DNA of 64,000 nucleotides. It comes from Octopus sinensis (taxonomy: Eukaryota). The DNA lies in NCBI RefSeq assembly GCF_006345805.1, contig NC_043008.1:59396001-59460000 (forward strand), in the 5' to 3' direction. Both the position numbers and the translations under genes were made by a program. Under the pieces are notes generated by a model. It saw nothing but the letters and a program-made list of their open reading frames with translations, ran no database searches and had not been told where the DNA came from. Below are positions 51,674 through 64,000 of this stretch, one piece after another; the first letter of the stretch is position 1; every line of letters starts with the position of its first letter.

Positions 51674-52112
51674 ACGGCAGACGAAATACCTATTTCTGTA
51701 TTACCCACAAGGGGCTAAACATAAAGGGGACAAACAAGGACAGACAACTGGATTAAGTCGATTACATCGATCTCAGTGTTTCACTGGTACTTAATTTATC
51801 GACCCCCGAAACGATGAAAGGCAAAGTCGACCTCGGCAGAATTTGAACTCAGAACGTAGCGGTAGACGAAATACCTATTTTTTTACTACCCTCAAGGGGC
51901 TAAACACAGAGGGGATGGACAAACAAGGACAGACAAACGGATTAAGTCGATTACATCGACACCAGTGCGTAACTGGTACTTAATTTATCGACCCCGAAAC
52001 GATGAAAGGCAAAGTCGACCTCGGCGGAATTTGAACTCAGAACGTAGCGGCAGATGAAATACCGCTAAGCATTTCGCCCGGCGTGCTAACGTTTCTGCCA
52101 GCTCGCCGCCTT
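51674..52112 (-). mobile_element. Family E multimer (head + 2 units + partial third)
   Basis: aaata|ggtatttcg junction twice on the minus strand. Confidence 0.85.
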
Positions 52113-52912
52113 AATTTTGTGTAACGATTCTAACAGCTCGCTGCCTTACAGCTCTATAAATAATGGTCTCAAATTTTAGGACTTGGCCAGCAATCTTAAG
52201 GGCGAAGATAATTCGATGACATCGACCCCAGTTTTAATTAGTACTTATTTTATCGACCCCGGCGAAATAGAGTTCTATAACTAATACTCAGAAAAAGAAA
52301 TGACTGTTGTATAATCGCGGCAGGAACTCTTTTGATTCCATTTCTGCTTTGTAAGAGTTGACCAATGGTTCAACAAATTCAGTATAAACCCCATAATTTA
52401 CATGACTTTCAAATAAGGTATTGACCCACTGAGAGTAGTCTAACTGAAAATATATGTTTCGTGTAGGGCGGTAAACGGCAAACAGTTATATTAAAGTATG
52501 TTTCAGATTTTATCTCTTACTACTACAAACAAAATAATTCTTGTTTTTCGTTTCCGTTTTAGTGGCTTTGCTACTTTTGAGATTTCAATCTTCAACCAAA
52601 GCAATTCAGAAGTAAATAAAAGCAAAAATAGCAAAAGAGAAAAAAAAAAAAAAAAAGAATGAAAATTAGCATAATCAAAACAGAAATCCATGATATTCGG
52701 TGTAATCCTCTCCAGAATTGAGATTCTAAGATTAAGAAATAGAAAGGATGAAAATGAAAATATATATAAAAAAAAAAGAGAAAACGGTACAAAAAATAAA
52801 TATAGCTAAACGGAAATATTTCTTCTCATCTCAACAACCGCTCCCTGTCTCTAATGAGAAAGATGTGATGAATAGAAAATAAGAACATGAGTGTTGATAT
52901 CGCGATTCAAGC

Positions 52913-52947
52913 GATAATAATAATAATAATAATAATAATATAATAAT

Positions 52948-53037
<90 letters not shown>

Positions 53038-53074
53038 TAATAATAATAATAATGATGATAATAATAAAAATAAA

Positions 53075-53169
<95 letters not shown>

Positions 53170-53175
53170 TAATAA
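52913..53175. repeat. (TAA)n microsatellite, ~260 bp
   Basis: Direct reading. Confidence 0.97.
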
Positions 53176-53700
53176 TCGTTTCTACTATAGACACAAGGTC
53201 CTGAAATTTGATGGGAGGGAACTAGTCGATTACATTGACCCCAGTGTTTCATGGATACAAAAATTTATCGACCCCGAACGATAAAAGGCAAAGTCAACCT
53301 CGGCGGAATTTAAACTAAGAACATTAAGACAGACGAAATACCTATTTCTTTACTACCCACAAGGGGCTAAACACACAGAGGACAAACAAGGACAGACGGG
53401 GGTCGATTAAATAAGTACCAGTTACGCACTGGGGTCGATATAATCGACTTAATCCGTTTGTTTGTCCATGTTTGTCTCCTCTGTGTTTAGCCCCTTGTGG
53501 GTAGAAAAGAAATAGGTATTTCGTCTGCCGCTACGTTCTGAGTTCAAATTCCGCCGAGGTCGACTTTGCTTTTCATCCTTTTCGGAATCGATTAAATAAG
53601 TACCAGTTACGCACTGGGGTCGATATAATCGATTTTATATTTTTGTTTGTCTTTGTTTGTCCCCTCTATGCTTAGCTCCCTGTGAGCAATAAGGAAATAA
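53175..53700. mobile_element. Family E sequences joined back to back in inverted orientation
   Basis: Minus orientation to 53397, plus orientation from ~53398. Confidence 0.82.
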
Positions 53701-54171
53701 ATATTTGCTATATCCCCTGATTGTGCCCGGCATACCAGTTTTATCCCATTTCCATTTGCACTCAAAATAAAGTAAGCTCTATGATTGCTCGAGAATCTTT
53801 AGAAGTTAGCAGTACTTGCATGTCATTTAGAACCCACAAGACTATGTCATTCTGGGTACACACCACCCCCAGTAGTCACTGCCAAATTGCATTTTATTGC
53901 AAAATTGTTGATGAGTCAACGGTTAATGTCAGCATCGATATTTCTTGCTGTGATCGTTGTGTTACGTTCTTACATATATCGCAGCACCGATTTGTGATGC
54001 ATCAATTCAAACTGCTTTCTTGCCTCGTAATTCAGTTTTCAAGACTAGGCACGGACTTTCATATGCCAAAGCCTATCAAGGATGCACATATCATCAACAG
54101 ATTCCCTTAACTGTTCACTTCAGTGGCCCCTTCTGTTCTTTGCAACGCAGAGAGACATATCACTTCCGCCT

Positions 54172-54585
54172 TACTCTTTTTACTCTTTTACTTGTTGCTT
54201 CAGTCATTTGACTGCGGCCATGCTGGAGCACCGCCTTTAGTCGAGCAAATCGACCCCAGAGCTTATTCGTTGTAAACCTAGTACTTATTCTATCAGTCTC
54301 TTTTGCCGAACCTTTAAGTGACGGGGACGTAAACACACCAGTATCGGTTATCCAACGATGTTGGGGGGGGGACAAACACAGACACACAAACATATACACA
54401 CACATACATATACAAATATATGCATATACGATGGGTTTCTTCTAGTTTTCGTCTACCAAATCCACTCACAAGGCTTTGGTCGGCCCGAGGCTATAGTAGA
54501 AGACACTCGCCTAAGGTGCCACGCAATGGGACTGAACCCGGGACCATGTGGCTGGTAAGCAACCTACTTACCACACAGCCACTCG
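54172..54585 (-). mobile_element. SINE family D, full length
   Basis: Reverse complement of the D consensus. Confidence 0.88.
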
Positions 54586-55036
54586 TTCGTTCTTGAATAA
54601 ATTCTTCAGGCAAGTTTACGCTATCTTTTGTAACACACTACTGCCACGTTTCTTTCTTTTTACTTGTGTGAACCACGTATGAAATCTTTCTTTGGCTTGT
54701 AATTGTAGTATGATAGAACTATTTTAGTTCTGTCATAGGAATTTGAATTGTTTTTCTTGTTGTATTATTCTTATTTGCGATACCTTTGATTATATTCTGC
54801 AATTTTACCTTTTCATATATCACGTGGAACAGTTTGTTTCATCGAGATTTTTCCGCATATTTCTTTTTAAAATTTGTGTTTGTGTATTCGACAATGATTT
54901 TATCACGTTTGAGCGGTTGACACCCGGGCCCATTTAATCTCACAAAAATGTGAAAGAAAACGGATTCATAAGGAAAGTCGACATTTAAAAATATGTGATT
55001 ATATCAAAATGAAGAGTGGAGCAAAGCTCTGATGTT

Positions 55037-55361
55037 AAAAAAACGATAAACGTCGCCCTTTTCAAGCCTAGCCAGGCTCACGGGCCCGGTTTCATGGTTT
55101 TTGTGGCGTATTTGTTCCCCCCAGCTGGACGGGACGCCAGTCCATCGCAGCATTACTCAAGAAATAGGAAGAAAGAGTGAGAAAAAGTTGTAGCGAAAGA
55201 GTACAACAGGGGTCGCCACCCCTCACCCCCCTGCCGGAGCCTCGTGGAGCTTTTAGGTGTTTTCGCTCAATAAACACACACAACGCCCGGTCTGGGAATC
55301 GAAAGCGCGATCCTACGAACGTGAGTCCGCTGCCCTAACCACTGGGCCATTGCGCCTCCAC
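55037..55361 (-). mobile_element. tRNA-derived SINE, family B variant
   Basis: TSD aaagctctgatgtt at 55023-55036 and 55363-55376. Confidence 0.92.
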
Positions 55362-55376
55362 TAAAGCTCTGATGTT

Positions 55377-55770
55377 AGGGGTACTGAAAAGTAATATCGC
55401 ATTTCACATGGTGAGTTCGAATCAGCATAAAACATAGAGCAAATGGATTTATTCACTCAGTATATAATCGCCATTGTTAGCGCTAAGATTTTCCCACTTC
55501 GACGCTAGTTTTCCGATTCCTCAGCAAAAACTTTTAGGAGTTTTTTTTTAGAAGAGAAAAATATTTGGAATATCGTTTCGACATCAGTCCTTCACTTGAA
55601 TGTTTTTTTTCCTCTTGTAAAGTATTTGCGTGACCTGAATAAGTGAAAATCTGATGGTACTTGGTCTGGTGGGTAGGGTGGGAGTGAGATAGAGCTTCCC
55701 ATCCTAAAGAATTAATCTTTTCTTGGATTATCTTCACTTAGTGTGGGCTTGTGTTATCATGCTGCAGGAT

Positions 55771-55807
<37 letters not shown>

Positions 55808-55829
55808 TCTCTCTCTCTCTCTCTCACTC

Positions 55830-55860
<31 letters not shown>

Positions 55861-56340
55861 TGATTGCAGTCATTTGTTGTTTTCTGAGCAAAATTGATTG
55901 ACGTGTTAAAGTTTTTCGCAATAAAGTTCTGTAATGATGTTTTTCCCTTGTTCCAAAAATCCGAAATGAACAATACCTATTTTATTCCACAAAACGCATC
56001 AGCAAAATTTTCTTTACTGTAGATCTGGTTTGCATGTTGGAACTGGATTTTCATATGGCCTTATCCACTCCTTCTTGCGTTTATTATTAGAATAAGATAT
56101 TCATTGCTTATCACCCGTTACAATTTGATTACGAAAAAGTTTTTGTTCATTCCTGATTTGTAAATGCTTATAAATTGTTGCATGCACTACTTTATTTTTG
56201 GAGCACAGTTCATGAAGTACCCTCTTCTCTTCTCTATACATCATTATGCTTAAGATGATCTTTCACATCGGACTGAGATTTATTAAGCATCTGGGATAAG
56301 TCCCTGATACTTTGACACGGTTTCTCTTGTGGTGTGACGC
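55377..56340 (-). mobile_element. Degenerate mariner transposase relic
   Basis: FFRNQIVTGDK..ISYSNNKRKKEW.RPYE.P..TCKPDL..RK ... KINSLGWEALSH.HP (degenerate HPPYSPDL region); TIR-like taggggtactgaaaagt at the left end; split by (CT)n. Confidence 0.78.
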
Positions 56341-57086
56341 TATTTCTCTCAGTTCTTTACAATAATTTCAGATTCTATCAGAGTTAACTTTGCCTTTCAT
56401 CCTTTCGAAGTCAAAGTTGAGCGCTTGGGTTAACGCAATCGATTATTCCGTTCCCTAACATATTGACCTTGTGCCATAATATGAAACAACCATTCTTATA
56501 ACTAAAAGCATTATTTTAAAATTTCTCAGGGGAGCTGAACGTGTTGTAGTAACAGTAGAAAATTCAGAGAAAAGAAACACCGCATCTGTTGGCGATTGGC
56601 TTATATTTGTTGGTAGGAGAATACTTACTGTTAAGTTTGACGACTTTCTTTGAATGCAGTCTATGATATCTATGTGTTCATAACATAGATATCATAACAT
56701 CAGAACCGTCACACATATGATTAATGCTTTGGTGGTAATACCAGCAACGGGATATGTACGATCGACTCACGGTAGCTATCTGATAAATTTACCAATGGTT
56801 AATAAAACGTTATAACTATACAAAGCAGATAAAATTTCGATAATTTGTCAACAGGAAATAAAATCAAGAGCCAATGGTTGTATTACACGAAAACCTACGG
56901 CTGTTATATATTTTTGCTATCGATAAAACTAGTACCAATTAAATACTGGGGACCAAGTACTTCAGAAATATCCTGGCCTTCTGCCTTAATAGAAAGGACA
57001 ATTAAGCTGGTATTTGCAACAAAATTAGCATGAAGTTTTCACGGAAAGTTTAAATTTAGATCAGTTTAACATATTGTGTCTAATAT

Positions 57087-57489
57087 ATAATTCTTTATTG
57101 CCCACAAGGGGCGAAACATAGAGGAGACAAACAAGGACAGACAAACGGATTATATCGATTACATCGATCCCAATGCATAACACGTACTTATTTAATCGAC
57201 CCCGAAAGGATGAAAGGCAAAGTCGACCTCAGCGGAATTTGAACTCAGAACGTAGCGGCAGACGAAATACCTATTTCTTTACTACCCACAAGGGGACAAA
57301 CAAGGACAGACAAACGGCTTAAGTCGATTACATCGACCCCAGTGCGTAACTGGTACTTAATTTATCGACCTCGAAAGGATGAAAGGCAAAGTCTACCTCG
57401 GCGGAATTTGAACTCAGAACGTAACGGCAGACGAAATACCGCTAAGCATTTCGCCCGGCGTGCTAACGATTCTGCCAGCTCGCCGCCTT
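57087..57489 (-). mobile_element. Family E dimer inside a single TSD
   Basis: TSD attgtgtctaatat at 57073-57086 and 57490-57503. Confidence 0.9.
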
Positions 57490-58208
57490 ATTGTGTCTAA
57501 TATCGTACCTAGGAAACGATCTCAGGAAAGTTGGTAGCGAAAAGGAGAAGGGCTAGAGGTTGTGAAATATGCAACAAACTTTACACAATTTTGTTCCAGC
57601 AGTAATAATATGATCACCAATTAGAAAACCGAACTGTAACTGTTGCAACTTAATAATCTTACAGGATAGCTTAACCATGAATCGAAACTAATTTTCAGCT
57701 TTCAACATGTCAGTAGTTTATTTCTTGTTTTAAAGAACTCAGCAAAATAAGTTTAAAATTATCGATCATTTACGTTCTCATGCAGCTAAATCATTACTGT
57801 CACAGCCTATAAATCATAATTCATTACTAGAATACCTGGTAGCATAATCCTCTAACTATAATTCTCTCCTAAGCAGAATAAAACCCTATTTCTTATTGCA
57901 TATGTTTACCGAACTGATTATCATATAAGTACATTATTCGTTCAAATACATAAGCTTTAGTTGTGTATTAAGGGACAGCGTTTCTATATTATAGTTGAAA
58001 TATTTAAACAAATATTTCTGTCTCTCCATAGAGACTACCACGTCGGTTCAATGTGTGAGTGAAGATGTTTTAGTCAATAGCTTCGGATAAGGCATGAACG
58101 ACACAAAATCAAGATTAACTCTGCTTGAAATATATACATAAATGTATATGTTATCCTTTTACTAGTCTCAGTCACTGGACTGTGGTGATATCGTATATAT
58201 ATAGAGAG

Positions 58209-58285
<77 letters not shown>

Positions 58286-58313
58286 TAGATATATATAATG
58301 TATGCATATGCGT

Positions 58314-58367
<54 letters not shown>

Positions 58368-58689
58368 TATACGTGTGTGTGCGTACTGTGTGTAAACATA
58401 CAATGCATATATGGTATGTATATAGATGATATGTATATATATGTATATATTATATATTTATATATGTATATGTGTATATATTATATATAATAATATATAT
58501 ATGGGCATATATAGACTCATTTTATAATGTGTATGTGTGTGTGTCTATATATAAAGAATAGTATGTATGTGTTATGTTTATCCATCTCTAACGATATATA
58601 TATAGCTTACTTTCCCGTTAAAGTAAAATCAACAAAAACAGTACTCCATCTGGTGAGTGATAAATATTGTTTAATATATACAGTATATG

Positions 58690-58800
58690 GTCATGAGCTA
58701 CTAATTGTTTCATACTTTGGAGATGTTTTACAACAAGCATTTAATAACACGCCTAGTGTCTAGTGTCTCCAAGCAATCATCAGGCTTCGAGCACATGGCC
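58690..58800 (-). ncRNA. Type I hammerhead ribozyme motif with intact core in the PLE pLTR
   Basis: agc CTGATGA t tgc ttggaga...tctccaa a gta t GAAAC aatta GTA gct; core at plus-strand 58777-58783 and 58707-58711. Confidence 0.68.
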
Positions 58801-59196
58801 TATACAAGTTGAAAATTAGGACAATAGAACAAGAGAAATCACAGAAGAAAAAACGGGAGGAAGGTGGATGCTAAATATTGAAGGGTAAAAGAAATGGAAA
58901 AAGAATGGAAAAATGGAAGAAATAGAATTAGAGTGTTCCCTTTGATCGTGAGGTCATAAAGCTAATTGGTGTAGAATCAACAGAAGCTGTCTAAAATCTG
59001 GGATACAGCTGCTCAGTCCGGAGAGAGTGGTGCTCCCAATTCGCCAAAAGAAACTTGCACCTATATTTGCATTTGCAGAAAATTTCTGATCTGAAATTGA
59101 GCAGTGCGGGGAAATTTCTAGATCTAAAAAAAAATTTGTGAGCTTTCAGCAACGCATTACTTACATTTTTTAGAACCATTAACATATATGTTAACG

Positions 59197-59721
59197 TTCC
59201 GGGTTCAGTCCCACTTCGTGGCACCTTGGGCAAGTGTCTTCTACTATAGCCTCGGGCCGACCATAGCCTTGTGAGTGGATTTGGTAAACGGAAACTGAAA
59301 GAAGCCCGCCGTATATATGTATATATATATATATATATATACGCGAGAAAGAAGCAACAAGAATATCCATTCTTGTTGCTTCTTTCTCGCTTATAATCAC
59401 CCCACAACTGTATGTTAAATCAGTATAGTTTTTTTGGTGCATCTAAGTTAGGTACATATTCAAGTAAATTTTTTTAAATTAACTTGAATCTTTATTGCTC
59501 TTGTATATATATATATATATATATATATGTCTGTGGTTTGTCCCCCTAACATCGCTTGACACCCGATGCTGGTGTGTTTACGTCCCCGTAACTTAGCGGT
59601 TCGGCAAAAAAGACCGATAGAATAAGTACTAGGCTTACAAAGAATAAGTCCTGGGTCGATTTGCTCGACTAAAGACGGCGCTCCAGTCAAATGACTGAAA
59701 CAAGTAAAAGAGTAAAAGAGT
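59197..59721 (+). mobile_element. SINE family D inserted in the PLE endonuclease ORF, with a ~165-bp insert in its (TA)n
   Basis: D head 59197-59340, foreign segment 59341-59504, D tail to 59721. Confidence 0.85.
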
Positions 59722-61459
59722 TCATAGCATGGATTTTTCCATGATTTTCCACTTGACTGTATGTGACGTGGAGTTGGTCTTCGAGTCCCATACGTGGCTG
59801 GCCAACATAGTTGCTTTACTTTTGTCCATACGCCGGAGAGAAGATAAGTGGTTAGCATAGCGTGTTTTGAAATCACCTTCGTACAACCCGATGTAATTCT
59901 TTTCGGTTACGTTATCATGGAACGTTGCTGTTACGTCTACCAATATACAGCGGAGTTTACCACGCATGCCAGATCAAGTAGGCAAGCTCCGGGGTCTCGA
60001 CAGTTACAACTGGGAGAGGGCTCTTGTATAGGCCATGTGCTCACAATACAACGATTGCTTGGAAATGCTAGGCGTGTTTATAAACCCCGGTTAGAAAACA
60101 TCTCCAATGTATGAAGGTATTACTAATTCATGACCATATACGGTATACATAAGACAATATGAGTGCGCATGCATACATATTCTGCGTTATATGAAGAAAC
60201 TATGAAGAGTGAAATTCTCTAAATAATAATAATAATAATAAGCTTTAAGCTTATAAGAGTTCACCGTGTATTGGCTTTAAAAAATAGTCTAATGTTGGAC
60301 ATATAAGCCCTCGACGGAAAAAGTAGGTACTAATATCCATAATACGAACTTTTTGTCGAGGGCTTATATGCTCCAATAGTAGAGTATGTTCTTTAGCCAC
60401 TACACGATGAATGCATATAAGCAAAAAGTTTATAATTATTATTTACAGAATATATATAATATTGCATTACCACGTTATCGAACGATATACATATATTCCG
60501 TTCGTCTCTGTGCACCCTAGGTCGTTTTACATTACCTCGTTTAATCGATATTATGTCAATAGTTACGAAAGAATTTACGTGGTTTCTTTTACATAGACTT
60601 GTGTCTCATGCCCAGGAGACGAAGTTCTTATTTTTTCTTGATGTTGCAACAAGCATATTCCAGTATTAGTTTCAAGAAAAGATTAACTTAGCTGTGATAA
60701 CATTATTTTATTTATTTATTTATCAATTTACTGCCATTTCAAAAATGCCTGCAACTTGTCGAATCTTTAGACAAGATTTAACTTTACAACTAAAAGTTTT
60801 ACGATTTACTTGTATCTTAGTTTTGCAGTGTAGCTTCAAATAAGTCCTGTTGAGATAACACATGTCTTGGGGTGTGATTACCATGTCTAAAAGTCGATTT
60901 TCTCTCCAGGCCTTTCTGGTGAGAATGTGGGTAGAAACCCAACAGAATGAAACAATAATTATCAAAAGGATGGGTTGACCCAACGCAGAGTCAACAGCAT
61001 TGTAGTAAAAACGTAGGGATTTAGAAATACCGAGTTAGTATCTGGTGTGTTGTAAAGCCTCTGGAAATGCGGCGTTACTTCATTTTTGTCAAAGTATGTC
61101 TCTGGGAGGGGGAAATACTCTGTGCATATGTACGAGGTCACTTCGAGCTCGCCAGTTGCAGAAGGATTGCTCCAAGAAATTTCTCATTGTCAGGTAGTAC
61201 CTTCAAAGAGGAGAAGGTAGAGTGAGCCAAAGCTGACATTAAATCATGTCGGTAGAAAACTCGGGACCCATCGACATTTTCAATCCATAGAAACTATGGA
61301 GACACACTGATGATAATGTATGTGACCTGGCCCTCAGTCATAAGGATGGTGACGTTCATTCATTCCTATGTAGGTTACGAATCTTTGTCATGGTTAGATC
61401 CTGGGATACGATACAGATTTATATGTCCTCAAAGACATTATAAGATTCTGATAATTATG

Positions 61460-61875
61460 GGCCTTATTTTGATACAATTCATTTTAGGGTAGAGGTAATT
61501 CTATTTCATTGACCCCAGCGTTCGACTCCTAATTATTTTATCGACCCCGAAAAGATGAAAGCTAAAGTCGACTTCGGCAGTATTTGAAATCGGAATTAAA
61601 AAAAACGGAAGAAATACTACTAAGCATTTTATCCGGCGGGTTTCTTTTTTTTTCCAGCTGACCTCTTTCATAATGGTTTCAAATGTTAGCACAAGGCCTT
61701 CAATTTTAAGTAAGGGAGTAAGTCGATTATATCGACGCTAGTGTTCGATTTGTACTTATGTTATCGACCCAGAAGGGATGAAAAGCAAAGTCGACTTCTG
61801 ACGGAGTTTGAACCCGACACGAGAAGAATCGAAATGCATTTTGTCTAACTCGATAACGATTCTAGCAGCTCGCCG
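61460..61875. mobile_element. Older family E copies
   Basis: gatgaaagc.aaagtcgactt core twice. Confidence 0.65.
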
Positions 61876-62022
61876 CCGTTATGGTTCTGATAATGAATAT
61901 ATAAAACAAATCAATAAATGCATCTTAAGTCAGTCAATTTTAACAATGAAGATATTTTGTTAACTATTTGTAACCTAACAATCCTAATAATCTATTTATT
62001 AATGAAAACATTATACATATAC

Positions 62023-62074
<52 letters not shown>

Positions 62075-62223
62075 ATATATATGTATGTATATATATGTAA
62101 TATATATATGTATATATATATATGTATATATATATATGTATATATATATGTATATATATATATATGTATATATGTATATATATATATGTATATATATATG
62201 TATATATATATTATATATATATG

Positions 62224-62261
<38 letters not shown>

Positions 62262-62589
62262 TACACTTCTACTACTAGGACCAACGGTCTCTGCTACTAC
62301 TGCTATTACGGCCAATGATCACTTTCACTATAACACCCAACGATTCTAGCCAACGCATAAGACAGCCATTATGCTCCCCCACACAAAACACCACCACGTG
62401 GACTGTGTTGAGATTAGTAAGAAGCAATTATGAACTTTGAACTTTTTTATTACACATAACTTTAAAAAATATATATTTTTGATAAGGTTCGTTTTTTCAA
62501 GAAGAACCGAAACATGTTAAAATTTATCCTATACAGTAGCATTTTCAAACTTCTTTTTTATAAATATATACCCACTCGTATGCCACCTA

Positions 62590-62978
62590 CACATTTTTTG
62601 ACTGCGGCCATGCTGGAGCACCGCCTTTAGTCAAGCAAATCGACCCCAGGACTTATTCTTTGTAAGCCTAGTACTTATTCTATCGGTCTCTTTTGCTGAA
62701 CCGCTAAGCTATGGGAATGTAACACACCAGCATCGGTTGTCAAGCGATGTTGGGGGGGACAAACACAGACAAATATATACACACACATACATGCATACAT
62801 ATATACATATATAAGACGGGCTTCTTTCAGTTTCTGTCTACCAAATCACTCACACAGGCTTGGTCGGCTCGAGGCTATAGTAGAAGACACTTGCCCAAGG
62901 TGCCACGAAGTGGGACTGAACCCGAACCATGTGGTTGTAAGCAAGCTACTCACCACACAGCCACTCCTCTCCTGCGCC

Positions 62979-62980
<2 letters not shown>
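62590..62980 (-). mobile_element. SINE family D, full length
   Basis: Reverse complement of the D consensus. Confidence 0.88.
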
Positions 62981-63012
<32 letters not shown>

Positions 63013-63509
63013 ATATTATATATATATCTTATATATATATATATACATATATATATAAGAGAACAAAGTGTACATACGCCGCTATAATATATATATATAT
63101 ATATATATAATATATATATAGATATATTCAAGACACGACAATCATTTCTGATTTGTAGAAAAGACCCCACATTTACTTCGAATCTACTTTCTACAGTTTT
63201 TTTTCCCTATGTAATCATAGTTTTCATCGTTGATACTTATTTGCTTTAAGAGATTTACGAGCGTTAACAAAAAGTAAGATTGTATTAAGGGAAGTATATT
63301 TCATATAAATAACATTATTAATTTTTATGCGTGTTAATTTCAATAGTAATGGAACTTGAGATACGGTTGATGCTGAGGTATGTCAATTGAAAATTATTAC
63401 ACATAATTTTTATTTTCAAAAATAATTGTAAATGTATACACACATACATACATATATACATGCATGCATAGATATATACATAGATTATATATATGTACAC
63501 ACACACACA

Positions 63510-63570
<61 letters not shown>

Positions 63571-63866
63571 TAGTTTAAAACGAAATGATATATAGTTGCG
63601 TAGGTATATTATACACCACAATATATATCACACAATATATAAGATATAGATATATATATTATATGTATATATATACATGCATATATATATATGTTGTGTG
63701 ATGTATATATATATATATTTTTTTGTGTGTATATATATATGTTATATAGTTATAGGTTATATATATTATAATTTATATATATATGAGTATGTATGTATAT
63801 ATGTATATAGATATAGATCTATATATGGTATTATATAATATATTTATATGTATATATATATATTTA

Positions 63867-63902
<36 letters not shown>

Positions 63903-64000
63903 GTATATATATAATCTATATATATTTATCTGTATATAGATATATATATATATATATATAATATATATATATAATATATATGTATATATATATTATATGA

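Larger units (their letters stand above)
58600..60150 (-). mobile_element. 5'-truncated Penelope-like element with inverted pLTR copy, interrupted by a D SINE
   Basis: CNCRDPGACLLDLAC..NSAVY ... YIGLYEGDFKTRYANH.SS.R...T.LASHVW..K......KWKIMEK | YVNGSKKCK*C...LLNFRSEIFCKCKYRCKFLL; 60023-60150 is an inverted copy of 58678-58809. Confidence 0.88.

Noticed and set aside
56530-56652. Possible exon GAERVVVTVENSEKRNTASVGDWLIFVG
   Set aside because: Weak acceptor, phase incompatible with the 26572 donor, no recognisable homology.
56662-56696. 14-bp perfect hairpin tatgatatctatgt/acatagatatcata
   Set aside because: AT-rich, short and isolated; nothing links it to a function.

Overview
AT-rich, microsatellite-saturated animal DNA. 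The repeat repertoire (tRNA-derived SINE families, Penelope, RTE, CR1 and mariner relics) is what I recognise from octopod cephalopods; that taxon call is an inference. Nearly all ORFs in the supplied track are translations of (TA)n/(TG)n/(TACA)n/(TAA)n repeats or of SINEs and are not genes. The window is dominated by at least six short retroposon families (labelled A-F here for convenience, not official names). It also holds degenerate Penelope-like elements (PLEs) with GIY-YIG coding remnants and hammerhead ribozyme motifs, single CR1-type, RTE-type and mariner fragments, a fold-back MITE and one 100-N gap. The one convincing host-gene signal is a TATA-preceded exon at 26507-26572 encoding a signal peptide and ending at a perfect GTAAGT donor. 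Main observations: (1) SINE family E repeatedly inserts into its own copies at two fixed sites and has grown into two 9-10 unit tandem arrays; (2) an orphan near-full-length 5.8S rRNA lies just upstream of a full SINE; (3) several hammerhead motifs occur, including a TA-microsatellite-resident element whose two copies share a CUG-U-Y-GA core variant; (4) a PLE insertion has an inverted pLTR; (5) a SINE is flanked by a ~120-bp direct duplication; (6) a perfect ERE palindrome is clustered with CCAAT and octamer motifs. Coordinates were read by eye and may be off by a few bases.
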